Assembly: GCA_030609965.1 (NCBI GenBank)
Contig: JAUWSQ010000001.1
Coordinates: 37,811 to 101,810, forward strand
Length of the DNA stretch: 64,000 nt
Reading direction: 5' to 3'
Origin: Candidatus Fermentibacterota bacterium
GTDB taxonomy: Bacteria; Fermentibacterota; Fermentibacteria; Fermentibacterales; JCC-6
The notes under the pieces are model-generated. The model made no database searches and was not told the DNA's origin. It saw only the letters and a list, made by a program, of their open reading frames with translations. A program made the position numbers and the translations under genes. This document shows positions 43,239 through 52,945 of this stretch, in pieces. Positions within the stretch are counted from its first letter, which is position 1. Every line of letters begins with the position of its first letter.

Positions 43239-46230
43239 GCTGGATGGTTCCAATTCTGGCTTTGGTATTGATCAGAATCCTAAGCGGTCTGTAAAGATGG
43301 ATATATCGCAGGAATTTCGTTTCCTCCATTGCGGTGTGATTCTCAAGGTAATCGTAGTCAAGATAATCTTCACCTTTCCTTTTCAGGGTGAAATAACCGA
43401 TTCCGAGAGAAGTGATATTCTGAAAGAAATGGGTTCCCTGCGAAGGTTCCACATCCATATCCGGAAGGGGAGTTTCCACAATGCATCCCACCGATGATAT
43501 CTGGTTCCATCTGACTGGTATTCCCAGCCAGCTGTCTGAACTTCCCCATCTTCCCGGGCCGATCAGAAGCGACTGACGTCTCAGGTGTCTAATCTTTCGA
43601 TTCAGCTGCTCGATCTCAGCGGCTATCTCGGCTGTCTGGCTCCTGTCGAACTTTCTGGAAGACACGTAGATAATATCTCTGATATCCTCTATGAATCCGT
43701 GGCCCAGCACCTGGTGAGATATGCAGACAGCATCCTCTTCTGAGATGTCTTCCACTTCAGGCAGTACTCCCGCTGTATACCCCATCGGCCTGATCTGGAG
43801 AAAACCGAATTCATTGGGTTTCCCGGTCGATGCATTTTCCAGGTTCACAGCAAATTCAATCTCAATATCGCTTGAAAACGCGACCTTCCCTATTTTGAGA
43901 AGATGCTTCAGGAGCGGCGCAAGCGGGAAGAAATCCCCCTTGAGCACACCCGCCATTGTAACGAGCTTTGCGCCCGATCTGAAAGTACCGTCGATTATCA
44001 TGTCATTATCCGCTGAATACACCGAACCGACCGGGGCAAGGGTTCCGTCCTCCTGAGCCCTCTCCAGATCAAGGGTTACAAGGTGCATATCCTTACCGGG
44101 ATCATCTGTATTCACGCTCCCGTCCCCCTGCAGACCCAGAGCAAGAAATTCACGCTGGGAGTTTCTCAGATACTCGTCAGTTGAGGAAAACTGGTACAGC
44201 TTTCCGGGGGATTCGGGCGAGAATCTTACACATTTACCACCATCAACCACCGTACCTCCAAGGCCCAGGGCAACGGAGGCAACACCGCATTCCTCGCTCA
44301 TGCCATCGAGTGGATAGAAATTGTAGGACTTCGCTACTCCGGCGAAGTTTGGATAGAAAGCATCTCCATGTTCTCTCGCTACTATCTGCTGAATTACCAC
44401 AGCCATCTTCTCTTCCTCAAGACGATTGGGTGTAGTCTCTATGTAGGCTACCGATTCACTGTAGTATGTGGATGCGTATACCAGCTTAATCGCAGCAAGA
44501 AGCTGCGACATTCGAACATCAATATCAGGATTGTTGTTAGGAATCATGTAGGTACTGTAGATACCGGCAAAAGGGTAAGAGGGACTGTCCTCCAGAATGC
44601 TTGAGGATCTTACTGCCAGAGGGTACCGGACTTCCTCGAGAAAAGCGCGCAGCATTCTTCTGACATCGTCCGGAATCGGTGCTTCCAGAAAAGCTCTCGC
44701 AATTGTTCTGTCACGTTTCTTGCTGGATTGGTTGCTGTCAGAATTCTCCATGTGGAAAACCAGTTCTGTAAGCCCGGTATTCTGCATGAACCGATCAAAA
44801 ACCTCTGTAGTCACTACTGCTGTAGGAGGAACGTAAATATTTACTTCGGGAAATTCATCATTGATACTGTAGATATTCAGAAGAGCGTTTATAAAGGCCA
44901 GTCCACGCCCCTTCCCACCGAGAGAACCAGAACCGATTTTTACAAATTCCGTGTCATAATCGAACGTCTCACTGGAAAACTCCTCGACCTGCCCCGCCCT
45001 GTATCTTTCCATCCACTGCTTAAGTGATGAAAGCAGATAGGACCGGAGATCTCCTGTGGTTTCAAAATCCTGCACTTTCTGAGGTCTCAGAGCGCGGGCA
45101 AGGTCAAATTCGGTTCTGGCCATCAGCCATGTGGAGAAATCATTCCTCTCCGCATGGTAGAACAGGCTTTCATCGGACACCTTCCTCAATGCCAGTCTCA
45201 ACTCTCTGAGATCTCCAGCCCTGGCCTCAATGTGACCAGCAGGGTTTCTGAATATGAAATCACCAAAACCAAGGTAACCCCTCATGAACTCCCTCAGGTC
45301 CGCAAGGAGAGTAGGTGAGTTTTTGTTTATGAATGCCGCTCCCATTCTGTTGGCTATTTTTCTGTTGATCTCTTCTGCGGATTGGAAGAGTATTGGACAT
45401 TCAGGGTCGTTCGACAGTATCTCTTCCGCTAGCTGAAAACCGGCACGGGGGTATTCAATACCTTCTTTTTCAAATCTCACATCGAGTATCATTCCCAGTA
45501 TATGATCCTGGAAAAGTCTGTAGAGTTCAATAGCTTCTTCGTAATTCCTGGCATGCAGAATTTTTGGCCTTGCTCTCATCCGCATGAGTTTTTGCATCTG
45601 ATTCACGCCATCAGTCATTAATGTCTGTGTCTGCTGCATAAGCTCGGTATACAGCATAGGCAGATAGGATGAACAGAACCTTATGGAATCTTCTACAAGA
45701 ATTATGCATTTAACCCCTGCAACGCGGGAATCATGCTCGGCATTCAGCCTGTCTTCAATAGATTTGATAATAGCAAGGAACAGCCTTGCATCCCCCTGCC
45801 AGACATAAGCCTGCCCACTGGACTTCAACCTGCCCTCATCCATCAGGATCTTGAGATCACGCCCAGTATACGCAAGGACTACGAAAGGAATTCCAGGCGC
45901 CACCACGGCAATGGCCGTACCCAGCTCATGACATTGCATGGAGCCAATGCTGAGCATCGAAATAACCAGATCGAAGCTTTCCAGTTCAAGACGCTGCAAT
46001 GCATCCTCACCGGTTGATACTCTTACGATGCGAGGGGCATATCTGAGATTGAGATGAAGGTACTCGGAGAACAGTACTTCAGTGAATTTGCCATCTTCCT
46101 CTAATGTGTATGAATCGTACAGACTTGAGACCAGAAGTATATTCCTGATCCGCCTGGACATCAGCGTGTAGAACGGTACAGTCTCAGATCCGAGCCTGCC
46201 TACGATTTCATCAAGCTTTCTGTCCCTCAT
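43231..46230 (-). CDS. PEP/pyruvate-binding (PPDK_N, ATP-grasp type) domain protein with two N-terminal receiver-like domains
   Basis: 999 aa. The first receiver-like domain lacks the acidic pocket (ILLVSSLYDS). The second is closer to canonical (IILVEDS...ILDVRF). The central GSGSLGGKGRGLAFIN and following region resemble the nucleotide-binding domain of PEP synthase/PPDK. No phosphohistidine swivel or PEP/pyruvate TIM-barrel motif was recognised. Confidence 0.6.
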   Translation of the reverse strand: MRDRKLDEIVGRLGSETVPFYTLMSRRIRNILLVSSLYDSYTLEEDGKFTEVLFSEYLHLNLRYAPRIVRVSTGEDALQRLELESFDLVISMLSIGSMQCHELGTAIAVVAPGIPFVVLAYTGRDLKILMDEGRLKSSGQAYVWQGDARLFLAIIKSIEDRLNAEHDSRVAGVKCIILVEDSIRFCSSYLPMLYTELMQQTQTLMTDGVNQMQKLMRMRARPKILHARNYEEAIELYRLFQDHILGMILDVRFEKEGIEYPRAGFQLAEEILSNDPECPILFQSAEEINRKIANRMGAAFINKNSPTLLADLREFMRGYLGFGDFIFRNPAGHIEARAGDLRELRLALRKVSDESLFYHAERNDFSTWLMARTEFDLARALRPQKVQDFETTGDLRSYLLSSLKQWMERYRAGQVEEFSSETFDYDTEFVKIGSGSLGGKGRGLAFINALLNIYSINDEFPEVNIYVPPTAVVTTEVFDRFMQNTGLTELVFHMENSDSNQSSKKRDRTIARAFLEAPIPDDVRRMLRAFLEEVRYPLAVRSSSILEDSPSYPFAGIYSTYMIPNNNPDIDVRMSQLLAAIKLVYASTYYSESVAYIETTPNRLEEEKMAVVIQQIVAREHGDAFYPNFAGVAKSYNFYPLDGMSEECGVASVALGLGGTVVDGGKCVRFSPESPGKLYQFSSTDEYLRNSQREFLALGLQGDGSVNTDDPGKDMHLVTLDLERAQEDGTLAPVGSVYSADNDMIIDGTFRSGAKLVTMAGVLKGDFFPLAPLLKHLLKIGKVAFSSDIEIEFAVNLENASTGKPNEFGFLQIRPMGYTAGVLPEVEDISEEDAVCISHQVLGHGFIEDIRDIIYVSSRKFDRSQTAEIAAEIEQLNRKIRHLRRQSLLIGPGRWGSSDSWLGIPVRWNQISSVGCIVETPLPDMDVEPSQGTHFFQNITSLGIGYFTLKRKGEDYLDYDYLENHTAMEETKFLRYIHLYRPLRILINTKARIGTIQLT

Positions 46231-46245
46231 ATCATTCCTTCAGCA

Positions 46246-46276
46246 AATTAGGGACGGAGGTATTCTGTCCCTATTT
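46246..46276. repeat. REP-related short hairpin
   Basis: AATTAGGGACGGAGGTATTCTGTCCCTATTT. It shares AATTAGGGACGGAGGTA with the transposase-flanking REPs and forms only a 7-bp stem (TAGGGAC/GTCCCTA). Confidence 0.5.
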
Positions 46277-46427
46277 ATTTTCGATACATTCACAGGAATA
46301 TAGCCACAATATCCTGATACTGGCACACCAGATACTCTAATACCCATGCCTGGACACACCAAATACTGTAGGTATATTACCAAATATTATTGGCGTAACT
46401 CCAATATATCTTGTGAACGGAGGAAAC

Positions 46428-46646
46428 ATGCAGATAGATCTTGATAAAGTTGCATATATCGGAGAGACATCGGTCACAATCCGCAGTAGCAGACGGCGCA
46501 TAACAATACCCAAGGAGATCGTAGATTACCTTCACATATCCGATGGTGACAGGATTCGCTGGGTTCTGTTCAATGACGACAGGCTATGCATCTCCAAAGT
46601 GAAGCCATCAGCTGAAGCCTGTAAACTGGAGACAGGGAAAAGCTAG
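46428..46646 (+). CDS. AbrB/MazE/SpoVT-type DNA-binding domain protein
   Basis: ATG 46428 follows GGAGGAAAC. RITIPKEIVDYLHISDGDRIRWVL fits the swapped-hairpin barrel motif. Confidence 0.6.
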   Translation: MQIDLDKVAYIGETSVTIRSSRRRITIPKEIVDYLHISDGDRIRWVLFNDDRLCISKVKPSAEACKLETGKS

Positions 46647-46650
46647 GAAT

Positions 46651-47469
46651 ATGGATCCTTTGATTTCTATCATTCTACTGTTCATAATAGCATTCGCAAG
46701 TGAGTTCGTGGACTCTTCCCTGGGCATGGGTTACGGAACGACGCTGACGCCGCTTCTGATAATAATGGGATACAATCCACTTGTGGTCGTACCTGCAATA
46801 CTCACCTCTGAGCTTATCACAGGAGGTTTTGCCGCCTTCATGCATCACCGGGCTGGTAACGTGCAGTTCGATTTCAGGAATGATCCTGATCACAGGCTTG
46901 TAAAGAAAATGAGATTGCTGGGTTACATGCCGCGATCAAATGCCTCAAAGATTGCGCTCGTCCTTGCGATCTGCAGCCTCGCAGGCGCTGTCGCAGCAGT
47001 TTTTGTGGCCATCAATATTCCTAAAACATATCTCAAGGTTTTCATAGGCTTAATGGTCCTTTCAATGGGCATACTGATCCTGCTCAAACGCAATTCAAAA
47101 CCGCACTTTTCATGGAAAAAAATCGTAGGGCTTGGAGTTCTGGCAGCCTTCAATAAGGGACTTTCCGGGGGAGGCTACGGCCCTCTGGTTACCTCAGGGC
47201 AAATACTCTCGGGAGTTGATATAAAAAACTCAGTTGCCGTAACATCACTGGCTGAAAGCTTCACGTGCCTGGTGGGAGTATGCACTTTCCTTCTCCTGGG
47301 AACGGAATTTGACTGGACGATCACTCTTGCCCTTCTTGCAGGGGCTGTGGCTTCAGTCCCGCTCTCAACAAGGGTTGTGAAGAAAATGAAAGTGAAAAGT
47401 TTTACACTCATCGTCGGAACGGCTACGGTAGTCCTAGGGCTATTCACACTGTATAAGGTTATTGCATAG
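46651..47469 (+). CDS. TauE/SafE (DUF81) family anion exporter membrane protein
   Basis: 272 aa with about 8 TM helices. The N-terminal FVDSSLGMGYGTTLTPLL and an internal repeat are typical of DUF81. Confidence 0.65.
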   Translation: MDPLISIILLFIIAFASEFVDSSLGMGYGTTLTPLLIIMGYNPLVVVPAILTSELITGGFAAFMHHRAGNVQFDFRNDPDHRLVKKMRLLGYMPRSNASKIALVLAICSLAGAVAAVFVAINIPKTYLKVFIGLMVLSMGILILLKRNSKPHFSWKKIVGLGVLAAFNKGLSGGGYGPLVTSGQILSGVDIKNSVAVTSLAESFTCLVGVCTFLLLGTEFDWTITLALLAGAVASVPLSTRVVKKMKVKSFTLIVGTATVVLGLFTLYKVIA

Positions 47470-47479
47470 AATACTGAAT

Positions 47480-48052
47480 TCAGCCTGCGAATGCTCTGGT
47501 TAACGGAGCCATTGGAGTGCGGGTCGCGTGTTCTGAAATACAACCAGCATAAAACCCTTCCTTGAATGGATTCCGTACTTGTTTCGAAACGTCACCCCAT
47601 TGGGCTATCCTGAGGATAATGTTATCCTGGAAGCCTGACAGCCCATTGTAGGCCAGACGGATGCGATGAAGATCGTTCTCGTTGCAGTGACCTGATTCAA
47701 GGCAAATATCAATCATGCAGAACAGCTCCTCTGCTATGAGTGATGTAGAATAGCCTGCACTGTCAAGAAGAATCTCCAGATCGGTCTCTTCCCTTAATCC
47801 TGAAACTTCCCGGAGTTTATCAGGGATAACGCGCCATCTGTAATAAGCAAGGCAATCGAATGGTGAGTCGAACATTTCATCTGTGTATTCACTGAACCAG
47901 CTTTTCTCCAGAATATCAGACCGTGCAAAGGAATGATGCCTTACGAAGAAGCTTTTATTCATGTTGGCGTCCGAACCCGCTGAATCGTAAGCATCCTGCC
48001 GTTCCCAGAGACCTCTGTAACGATTAATGCATTCTCTGATTTCCCTTTTCAT
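47480..48052 (-). CDS. Hypothetical cytoplasmic protein
   Basis: ATG 48052 follows AAAGGAG (track start 48112). No recognisable motif. Confidence 0.45.
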   Translation of the reverse strand: MKREIRECINRYRGLWERQDAYDSAGSDANMNKSFFVRHHSFARSDILEKSWFSEYTDEMFDSPFDCLAYYRWRVIPDKLREVSGLREETDLEILLDSAGYSTSLIAEELFCMIDICLESGHCNENDLHRIRLAYNGLSGFQDNIILRIAQWGDVSKQVRNPFKEGFYAGCISEHATRTPMAPLTRAFAG

Positions 48053-48434
48053 TGCAGTCTCCTTTTCATTTATTCCTATGGGTAAACATATGTATACCAA
48101 TTCTTGTGTCAAGTCTCTTTATCTGAAAGCTGTATCCTGTATTGACCGCGCAGAATCGGGAGTGAATATTCAGCAGCAATTACTTACCAGTTTGCTATGT
48201 ATTATTCCAACGAAGGGAGCGGTTAATGATGGAACTGATTATCAGAACCTGCATTTGAGCCGTCCGCAGCAGGTCCTGGAAGGACTTGTTTGCTTTGCGT
48301 CGTTCCCTGAGCATGGTCTGATCCGAATCCTTCTACCCTCTATACACTTCTCATTGAACGGCTTACCAGTCGGCTAACCCGCAATTCCAAAATACGGGTC
48401 TCATATTCATTCTTCAACTGGAAGAGAGAGTTCA

Positions 48435-49235
48435 ATGAAAAAAACCGGAATGACAATCGATAATGTAAAAGAGGTATACAGCGGTGCTGAGGGTAAGCTC
48501 TGGGAACTTATAATGGGGGAACAGATCCATGTTGGGGGATGGGGCCACTCCAGAATTCTTGCGGATGCTGCTGAAATTACCGAAGGTCAGAAAGTACTGG
48601 ACATCTGCAGCGCACTTGGTGCAGGTCTTCGTTTCCTTGAAAGGAATTACGGAATACAGGGATACGGGCTGGACGTAACAGAGCACATGGTCGATGAAGC
48701 AATCATACGGACAGCAAGGGATGGTCAGTCCGGCAGAATAACCTATAAGGTCGGCAACGCCGAGAATATTCCCTGGGGTGATGGTGAATTCGATGTGGTA
48801 TGGGGCGAGGATGCATGGTGTTACGTAGATGACAAAGAAAAGCTCATCCAGGAGGCATCAAGAGTTCTCAGGCCCGGAGGTACAATTGCCTTCACAGACT
48901 GGATCGAGGGTCCGGAAGGAATGGACGAGGAAACTGCGCAGAGGATATGCAGTTTCATGAAATTCCCCGATGTGCTGAACAGGAAAAAGTACGAAGAGCT
49001 TCTTGGTAATTATGGATTCAAGCTTAAGCTATCGGAAGACCTGACAGAGGAATATGCCGGTTACGTGGAATTCTATATCAAGATGCTCACGGAGCAGCTC
49101 TACTTCGATGCACTGAAAATAATCGGATGGGATGAGGAGATGTTCGGTGCGATGGGAGGAGAGATGATGTTCATGGCTCAGACCGCCCGGAAGGGTGGTT
49201 TCGGCAGGGCAAGATTCGTTGCCGTAAAGGAGTAA
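48435..49235 (+). CDS. Class I SAM-dependent small-molecule methyltransferase
   Basis: SAM motif I VLDICSALGAG. Post-I LD, motif FDVVWGEDAW and RPGGTIAFTDW. The N-terminal LWELIMGEQIHVGGW resembles the sarcosine/tocopherol/GPP methyltransferase group. Confidence 0.8.
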   Translation: MKKTGMTIDNVKEVYSGAEGKLWELIMGEQIHVGGWGHSRILADAAEITEGQKVLDICSALGAGLRFLERNYGIQGYGLDVTEHMVDEAIIRTARDGQSGRITYKVGNAENIPWGDGEFDVVWGEDAWCYVDDKEKLIQEASRVLRPGGTIAFTDWIEGPEGMDEETAQRICSFMKFPDVLNRKKYEELLGNYGFKLKLSEDLTEEYAGYVEFYIKMLTEQLYFDALKIIGWDEEMFGAMGGEMMFMAQTARKGGFGRARFVAVKE

Positions 49236-49238
49236 TTG

Positions 49239-50351
49239 ATGCTGCAGCCTGAATCGTCTCTTCAGGAAGAATGCCTTCGAAGTATGGAGGGTGAGCTGAA
49301 TTCGATTAAGAGATTCAGAAGCAGCGGGGGGAAAACCCTGGGATATCTCTGCAGGGGATTTCCCCCCTCCATAGCTGCGGGACTTGGGTTTCGGCCAGTA
49401 AGAGTTCTTCAGGATGCATCTGTTGAAAGTGAAAACCAGGGGGGGAAGCTTGTCCGGCAGGATATATGTCCCCTGATAAAGGTTTTCCTGGGAGGAATTG
49501 ATTCCGGCCGAAACCTGTTCGGACTGATAGATGTCTGGATGGGTCTGGCCACATGTGACCAGACCCGCAGATGTTTCTATGCCCTTGCCGATATGGACAA
49601 TGTAACTGTACACCACCTGCAGCTTCCTGCAACCAGATCACAATCCGCCGCTGAGTACTTCTCCGATCAGCTGCGGCAGTTCTGCTGTGATTCGAGGGAT
49701 CTGTACGGATTTGAATACTCCGCAGAACGTGCATTGGATTATTCGATAAATCTCTGGAAAGCGGGAAATATTCTAAGAAAAGCAACACTTACGCGGCAGA
49801 TGTCACCGATTGACCTTCACTGGCTCTTTCATCTCTTTCTTATCGGTGACCCGGATGGACTTGCAGAAACCCTGCTCAGTCTGCTGGAGAAGGCTGAACC
49901 TTTTACTCCCGAGTACATGATCGCCATCGCAGGCGGACCTCTCGCTCTTGAGGACACATGGGTTCTGCAGGCTGTTCAGAGTAAGAATGCAGGCGTTATT
50001 CCCCTGCACTGCGCAGGGCTTCAGCTGGCCCCCTTCGGAGGTTTGAACGAGACTCCAGTTACAGGTACTATCGAAGAACTTGCCGGCAGGGCGTTCAGAG
50101 ACATCAGGTGTGCCAGATCTCGACCCAACGCTGAGATGTTTCAATACATCAATGATTCTATTTCAGATACATCCTGCGACGGTCTCATTCTGAAAACCCT
50201 GAAGTTCTGTGATCTCTGGTTTACCGAAAGGGAGCGGTTCCGCAGCAGCATGAATGTTCCTGTTCTGGTTCTGGACACCTCCTATGGTGAGGGAGAAGCG
50301 GAGCGCCAGAGGAACAGAGTCGATGCCTTTCTGGAGACGTTAGCATTATGA
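49239..50351 (+). CDS. 2-hydroxyacyl-CoA dehydratase / benzoyl-CoA reductase B/C-family subunit (single module)
   Basis: ATG 49239 lies 6 nt after AAGGAG and 3 nt after the methyltransferase stop. Family hallmarks are GKTLGYLCRGFPPSIAAGLGFRPVRV, conserved Cys (CPLIK, TCDQ) and the C-terminal KFCDLW. Confidence 0.75.
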   Translation: MLQPESSLQEECLRSMEGELNSIKRFRSSGGKTLGYLCRGFPPSIAAGLGFRPVRVLQDASVESENQGGKLVRQDICPLIKVFLGGIDSGRNLFGLIDVWMGLATCDQTRRCFYALADMDNVTVHHLQLPATRSQSAAEYFSDQLRQFCCDSRDLYGFEYSAERALDYSINLWKAGNILRKATLTRQMSPIDLHWLFHLFLIGDPDGLAETLLSLLEKAEPFTPEYMIAIAGGPLALEDTWVLQAVQSKNAGVIPLHCAGLQLAPFGGLNETPVTGTIEELAGRAFRDIRCARSRPNAEMFQYINDSISDTSCDGLILKTLKFCDLWFTERERFRSSMNVPVLVLDTSYGEGEAERQRNRVDAFLETLAL

Positions 50352-52945
50352 AATGTATTACACCTTCTAAAATATCGGTAATGGACTGGGACTCCAGAAT
50401 GCCAGACATCCCGGAGGAGTTCAGCGATAAATGCAGATCCCTGAGGAATATCATACCCGGTGGTGTCAAATATCTTTTCAGTCAGTACGAGTATTCCTGC
50501 AGGGGCGATGTTCTTCTTAGGCGTCTTTCCTTCGACAATTCACTTGAAGCCCTGAGATTATGGGCTTTCCTTTTCAGTGAAAAGGACAGGCTGTTCCTGG
50601 CGAAGGAAAACGGATGGAAGATAGTAGCGGCAATGAAGGATCTGGGCCAGGTCCCTGTATTAACGTATTCGTTTCCCCAAACACTTACTTTCTATGCTGA
50701 TGAGCTCTGGTGGGCTCCATGCTTCTCCGAGGAAACTCACCTTCTGGACGTAGCAGCACGGCTCGGGGCGGGTGAAGAGCTCTGTTTTGTCAGGGCGGCA
50801 CTTGGAGCAATGGTAACACTTGATTACTTCCCGGAGCCTGACCTCTGTATAGCAGGAGTAGGAGCTTGCTGCGATGATTTCTCAGCGATAATGCAGCTTA
50901 TCGAAGGGCTCGGATATCCTGTTCACTGGTGGGAGATGCCTGCAAGATTCGGCGGTTCGGTCAATTCCGCAGCCGAAGAAGAAAAAACAACTTTTGGAAA
51001 ATCAACCTATCGAGTAAGTACCCGTCGTTTTCTTGAAGGGCAGCTGCAGACCGTTGTAAAAAGAATGGAAGAACTGACCGGAAAGAAGGCTGACCCGGAG
51101 AGGCTTAAACGGAGTGTTGCTGTGTTCAACATAATACGAGGACAGGTCAGGGAGCTGAGGGAACTGACATACAGTGCCGTAAGGCCGCCCCTTCCGGGAC
51201 TCGAAATGTTTCTCGCGGAGTTCATTGCAATACACACATGCTCCGAACCTGAGGAGTCAATTAATGTTCTCGATGGATTACTTTCCCTTGTCCGTACGAG
51301 ACTGGAAGAGGGAACTTCACCCCTGATCAATGAAAAACCCCTGCGAGTATTCTGGGTGACGCCGCCAACTGATGCATCCCTGATTAAACTGCTGGAGGAT
51401 CTTGGAGGCTGCATAGCCGGTACTGAATACCTCATTTCCCATGCGTTCTACCCTATTTCAACAGATGCGGATCCGATTTCTGCGATTGCGGAGAACTGCC
51501 TGGATGACTGCATGACAGGATCCCAGAGATTCAGGGCCCAGAGGGTAGTACAGGGCGCCAGGGAAAACGGCGCCGAGGGAGTCATCATTTCCGGTATCTC
51601 AGGTGCCAGCCACTGCCCGTGGGAAGAACGGTCCATTAAGACGGCGGTTGAAAAAGAGCTGGGGATACCGGTACTCTCATTCGACGTTCCCTTCTCTCCC
51701 GGCAGGCATAACGAGCAGGTGGTTAACAGGATGCAGTCATTCATGGAGCTGCTCGAATCAAGAAGACGTTCAAGTGTGCCTGTTGCGTCCAGATCGGTAA
51801 GTCAGAATATGGTACCAGCTGATTCGGACCCTTTCGACTGGTTCAGGAATTCGATGTCAAACGAAGTCGACCTCGTCAGGGAGAAGAAGCGGCAGGGGAA
51901 GGGTGTTGTGGGGATCTACTGCGAATTCACTCCGCGGGAACTCATTCTTGCTGCCGGAGCACTGCCCGTGTGTCTCTGCGGCGCAAGCAGAAGGACAATT
52001 CCGGCAGCGGAAACAGTGCTTCCTTCTAACCTCTGTCCTTTGATCAAGTCCTCCTTCGGATACATACTGACCAACAGGTGCCCTTTCTTTGTGGTTTCCG
52101 ATCTTATTGTCGCGGAAACTACCTGCGATGGCAAGAAGAAGATGTACGAGCTGATTATCGACAAAAAACCCCAGCATATTCTGGAACTTACTCAGAAAGT
52201 GAACGAAGTGGATGCCTTCGAACACTGGAAAAGTGAGGTTGGCAAGCTGAAGGATACACTGGAGATTCAGTTCAGCTGTTCGATTTCCGATGAGGATCTT
52301 GAAAATGCGATCCACTCCATGAATCAAGAACGGATGCTCCTTCGGAACGCTCTTGAACTTGGCAAAAGAAAACCTTCCATAGTAACCGGTCTTGAGCTGG
52401 CAAACCTTCGCTACAGGATTTCAGGGCTGGGGGAACACCATGCTATGCTGACCGAATTCACAAACCGGGTCTGTGTCAGGACGGAACCTGTGTGCAGTGA
52501 AACAGCTCCCCGCATTCTGCTCACCGGATGCCCTTTGTCTCATGGAACACTGAAGGTTATCGAGATCATCGAAGAATGCGGGGGCATTGTTGCTGTTCAG
52601 GAAACCTGCTCCGGATGGAAACCGCTGGATACTCTCACTGAGGAGGGTACCGGCAACCCGCTTGAAGCAATCGCCAGAAAGCACTTCGGGATACCATGTT
52701 CATGCATGACACCAAATACAGGCAGGCTTGAGCTGATTGAAAGGCTTGCGGATGAATTCAGGATTGACGCGGTTGTGGATCTTGTCTGGCATGCCTGCCT
52801 TACTTACAGCGTAGAATCATGGCAGGTAGAGAAGCATGTCAGGGAAAAGCTTGGAATGTCCTATCTGAAAGTTGAGACGGATTACTCGGAATCGGACAGG
52901 GAAAGGCTTTCAGTAAGAATTCAAACACTTCTGGAGATGATATGA
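50348..52945 (+). CDS. Double-module 2-hydroxyacyl-CoA dehydratase family protein (two fused dehydratase-like modules)
   Basis: 865 aa. The N-terminal half has GWKIVAAMKDLGQVPVL...CFVRAAL...ACCDDF. The C-terminal half has GVVGIYCEFTPRELILAAGALPVCLCG...CPLIKSS...TCDGKKK...WHACLTY. It overlaps both neighbouring genes by 4 nt. Confidence 0.75.
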   Translation: MKCITPSKISVMDWDSRMPDIPEEFSDKCRSLRNIIPGGVKYLFSQYEYSCRGDVLLRRLSFDNSLEALRLWAFLFSEKDRLFLAKENGWKIVAAMKDLGQVPVLTYSFPQTLTFYADELWWAPCFSEETHLLDVAARLGAGEELCFVRAALGAMVTLDYFPEPDLCIAGVGACCDDFSAIMQLIEGLGYPVHWWEMPARFGGSVNSAAEEEKTTFGKSTYRVSTRRFLEGQLQTVVKRMEELTGKKADPERLKRSVAVFNIIRGQVRELRELTYSAVRPPLPGLEMFLAEFIAIHTCSEPEESINVLDGLLSLVRTRLEEGTSPLINEKPLRVFWVTPPTDASLIKLLEDLGGCIAGTEYLISHAFYPISTDADPISAIAENCLDDCMTGSQRFRAQRVVQGARENGAEGVIISGISGASHCPWEERSIKTAVEKELGIPVLSFDVPFSPGRHNEQVVNRMQSFMELLESRRRSSVPVASRSVSQNMVPADSDPFDWFRNSMSNEVDLVREKKRQGKGVVGIYCEFTPRELILAAGALPVCLCGASRRTIPAAETVLPSNLCPLIKSSFGYILTNRCPFFVVSDLIVAETTCDGKKKMYELIIDKKPQHILELTQKVNEVDAFEHWKSEVGKLKDTLEIQFSCSISDEDLENAIHSMNQERMLLRNALELGKRKPSIVTGLELANLRYRISGLGEHHAMLTEFTNRVCVRTEPVCSETAPRILLTGCPLSHGTLKVIEIIEECGGIVAVQETCSGWKPLDTLTEEGTGNPLEAIARKHFGIPCSCMTPNTGRLELIERLADEFRIDAVVDLVWHACLTYSVESWQVEKHVREKLGMSYLKVETDYSESDRERLSVRIQTLLEMI

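Noticed and set aside
46321-46336. Sigma54 promoter (TGGCAC at 46321)
   Set aside because: The -12 element is absent: TGGCAC-ACCAG-ATAC instead of TGGCAC-N5-TTGC. A second similar box suggests a repeat or operator instead.
46428-46646. AbrB/MazE-type protein as the antitoxin of a toxin-antitoxin pair
   Set aside because: The adjacent downstream gene is an 8-TM TauE/SafE-type membrane protein, not a MazF/PIN/other toxin. No toxin-like ORF is nearby.
48260-48300. SRP (4.5S) RNA or cobalamin riboswitch in the leader (AGGTCCTGGAAGGA resembles the SRP GGAA-loop region)
   Set aside because: The flanking conserved SRP strands (AGCA/GGAAGCAGCC symmetric loop) and the B12-box are not present in the right arrangement. 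The resemblance is limited to a short hairpin. It is left as an unclassified leader structure.
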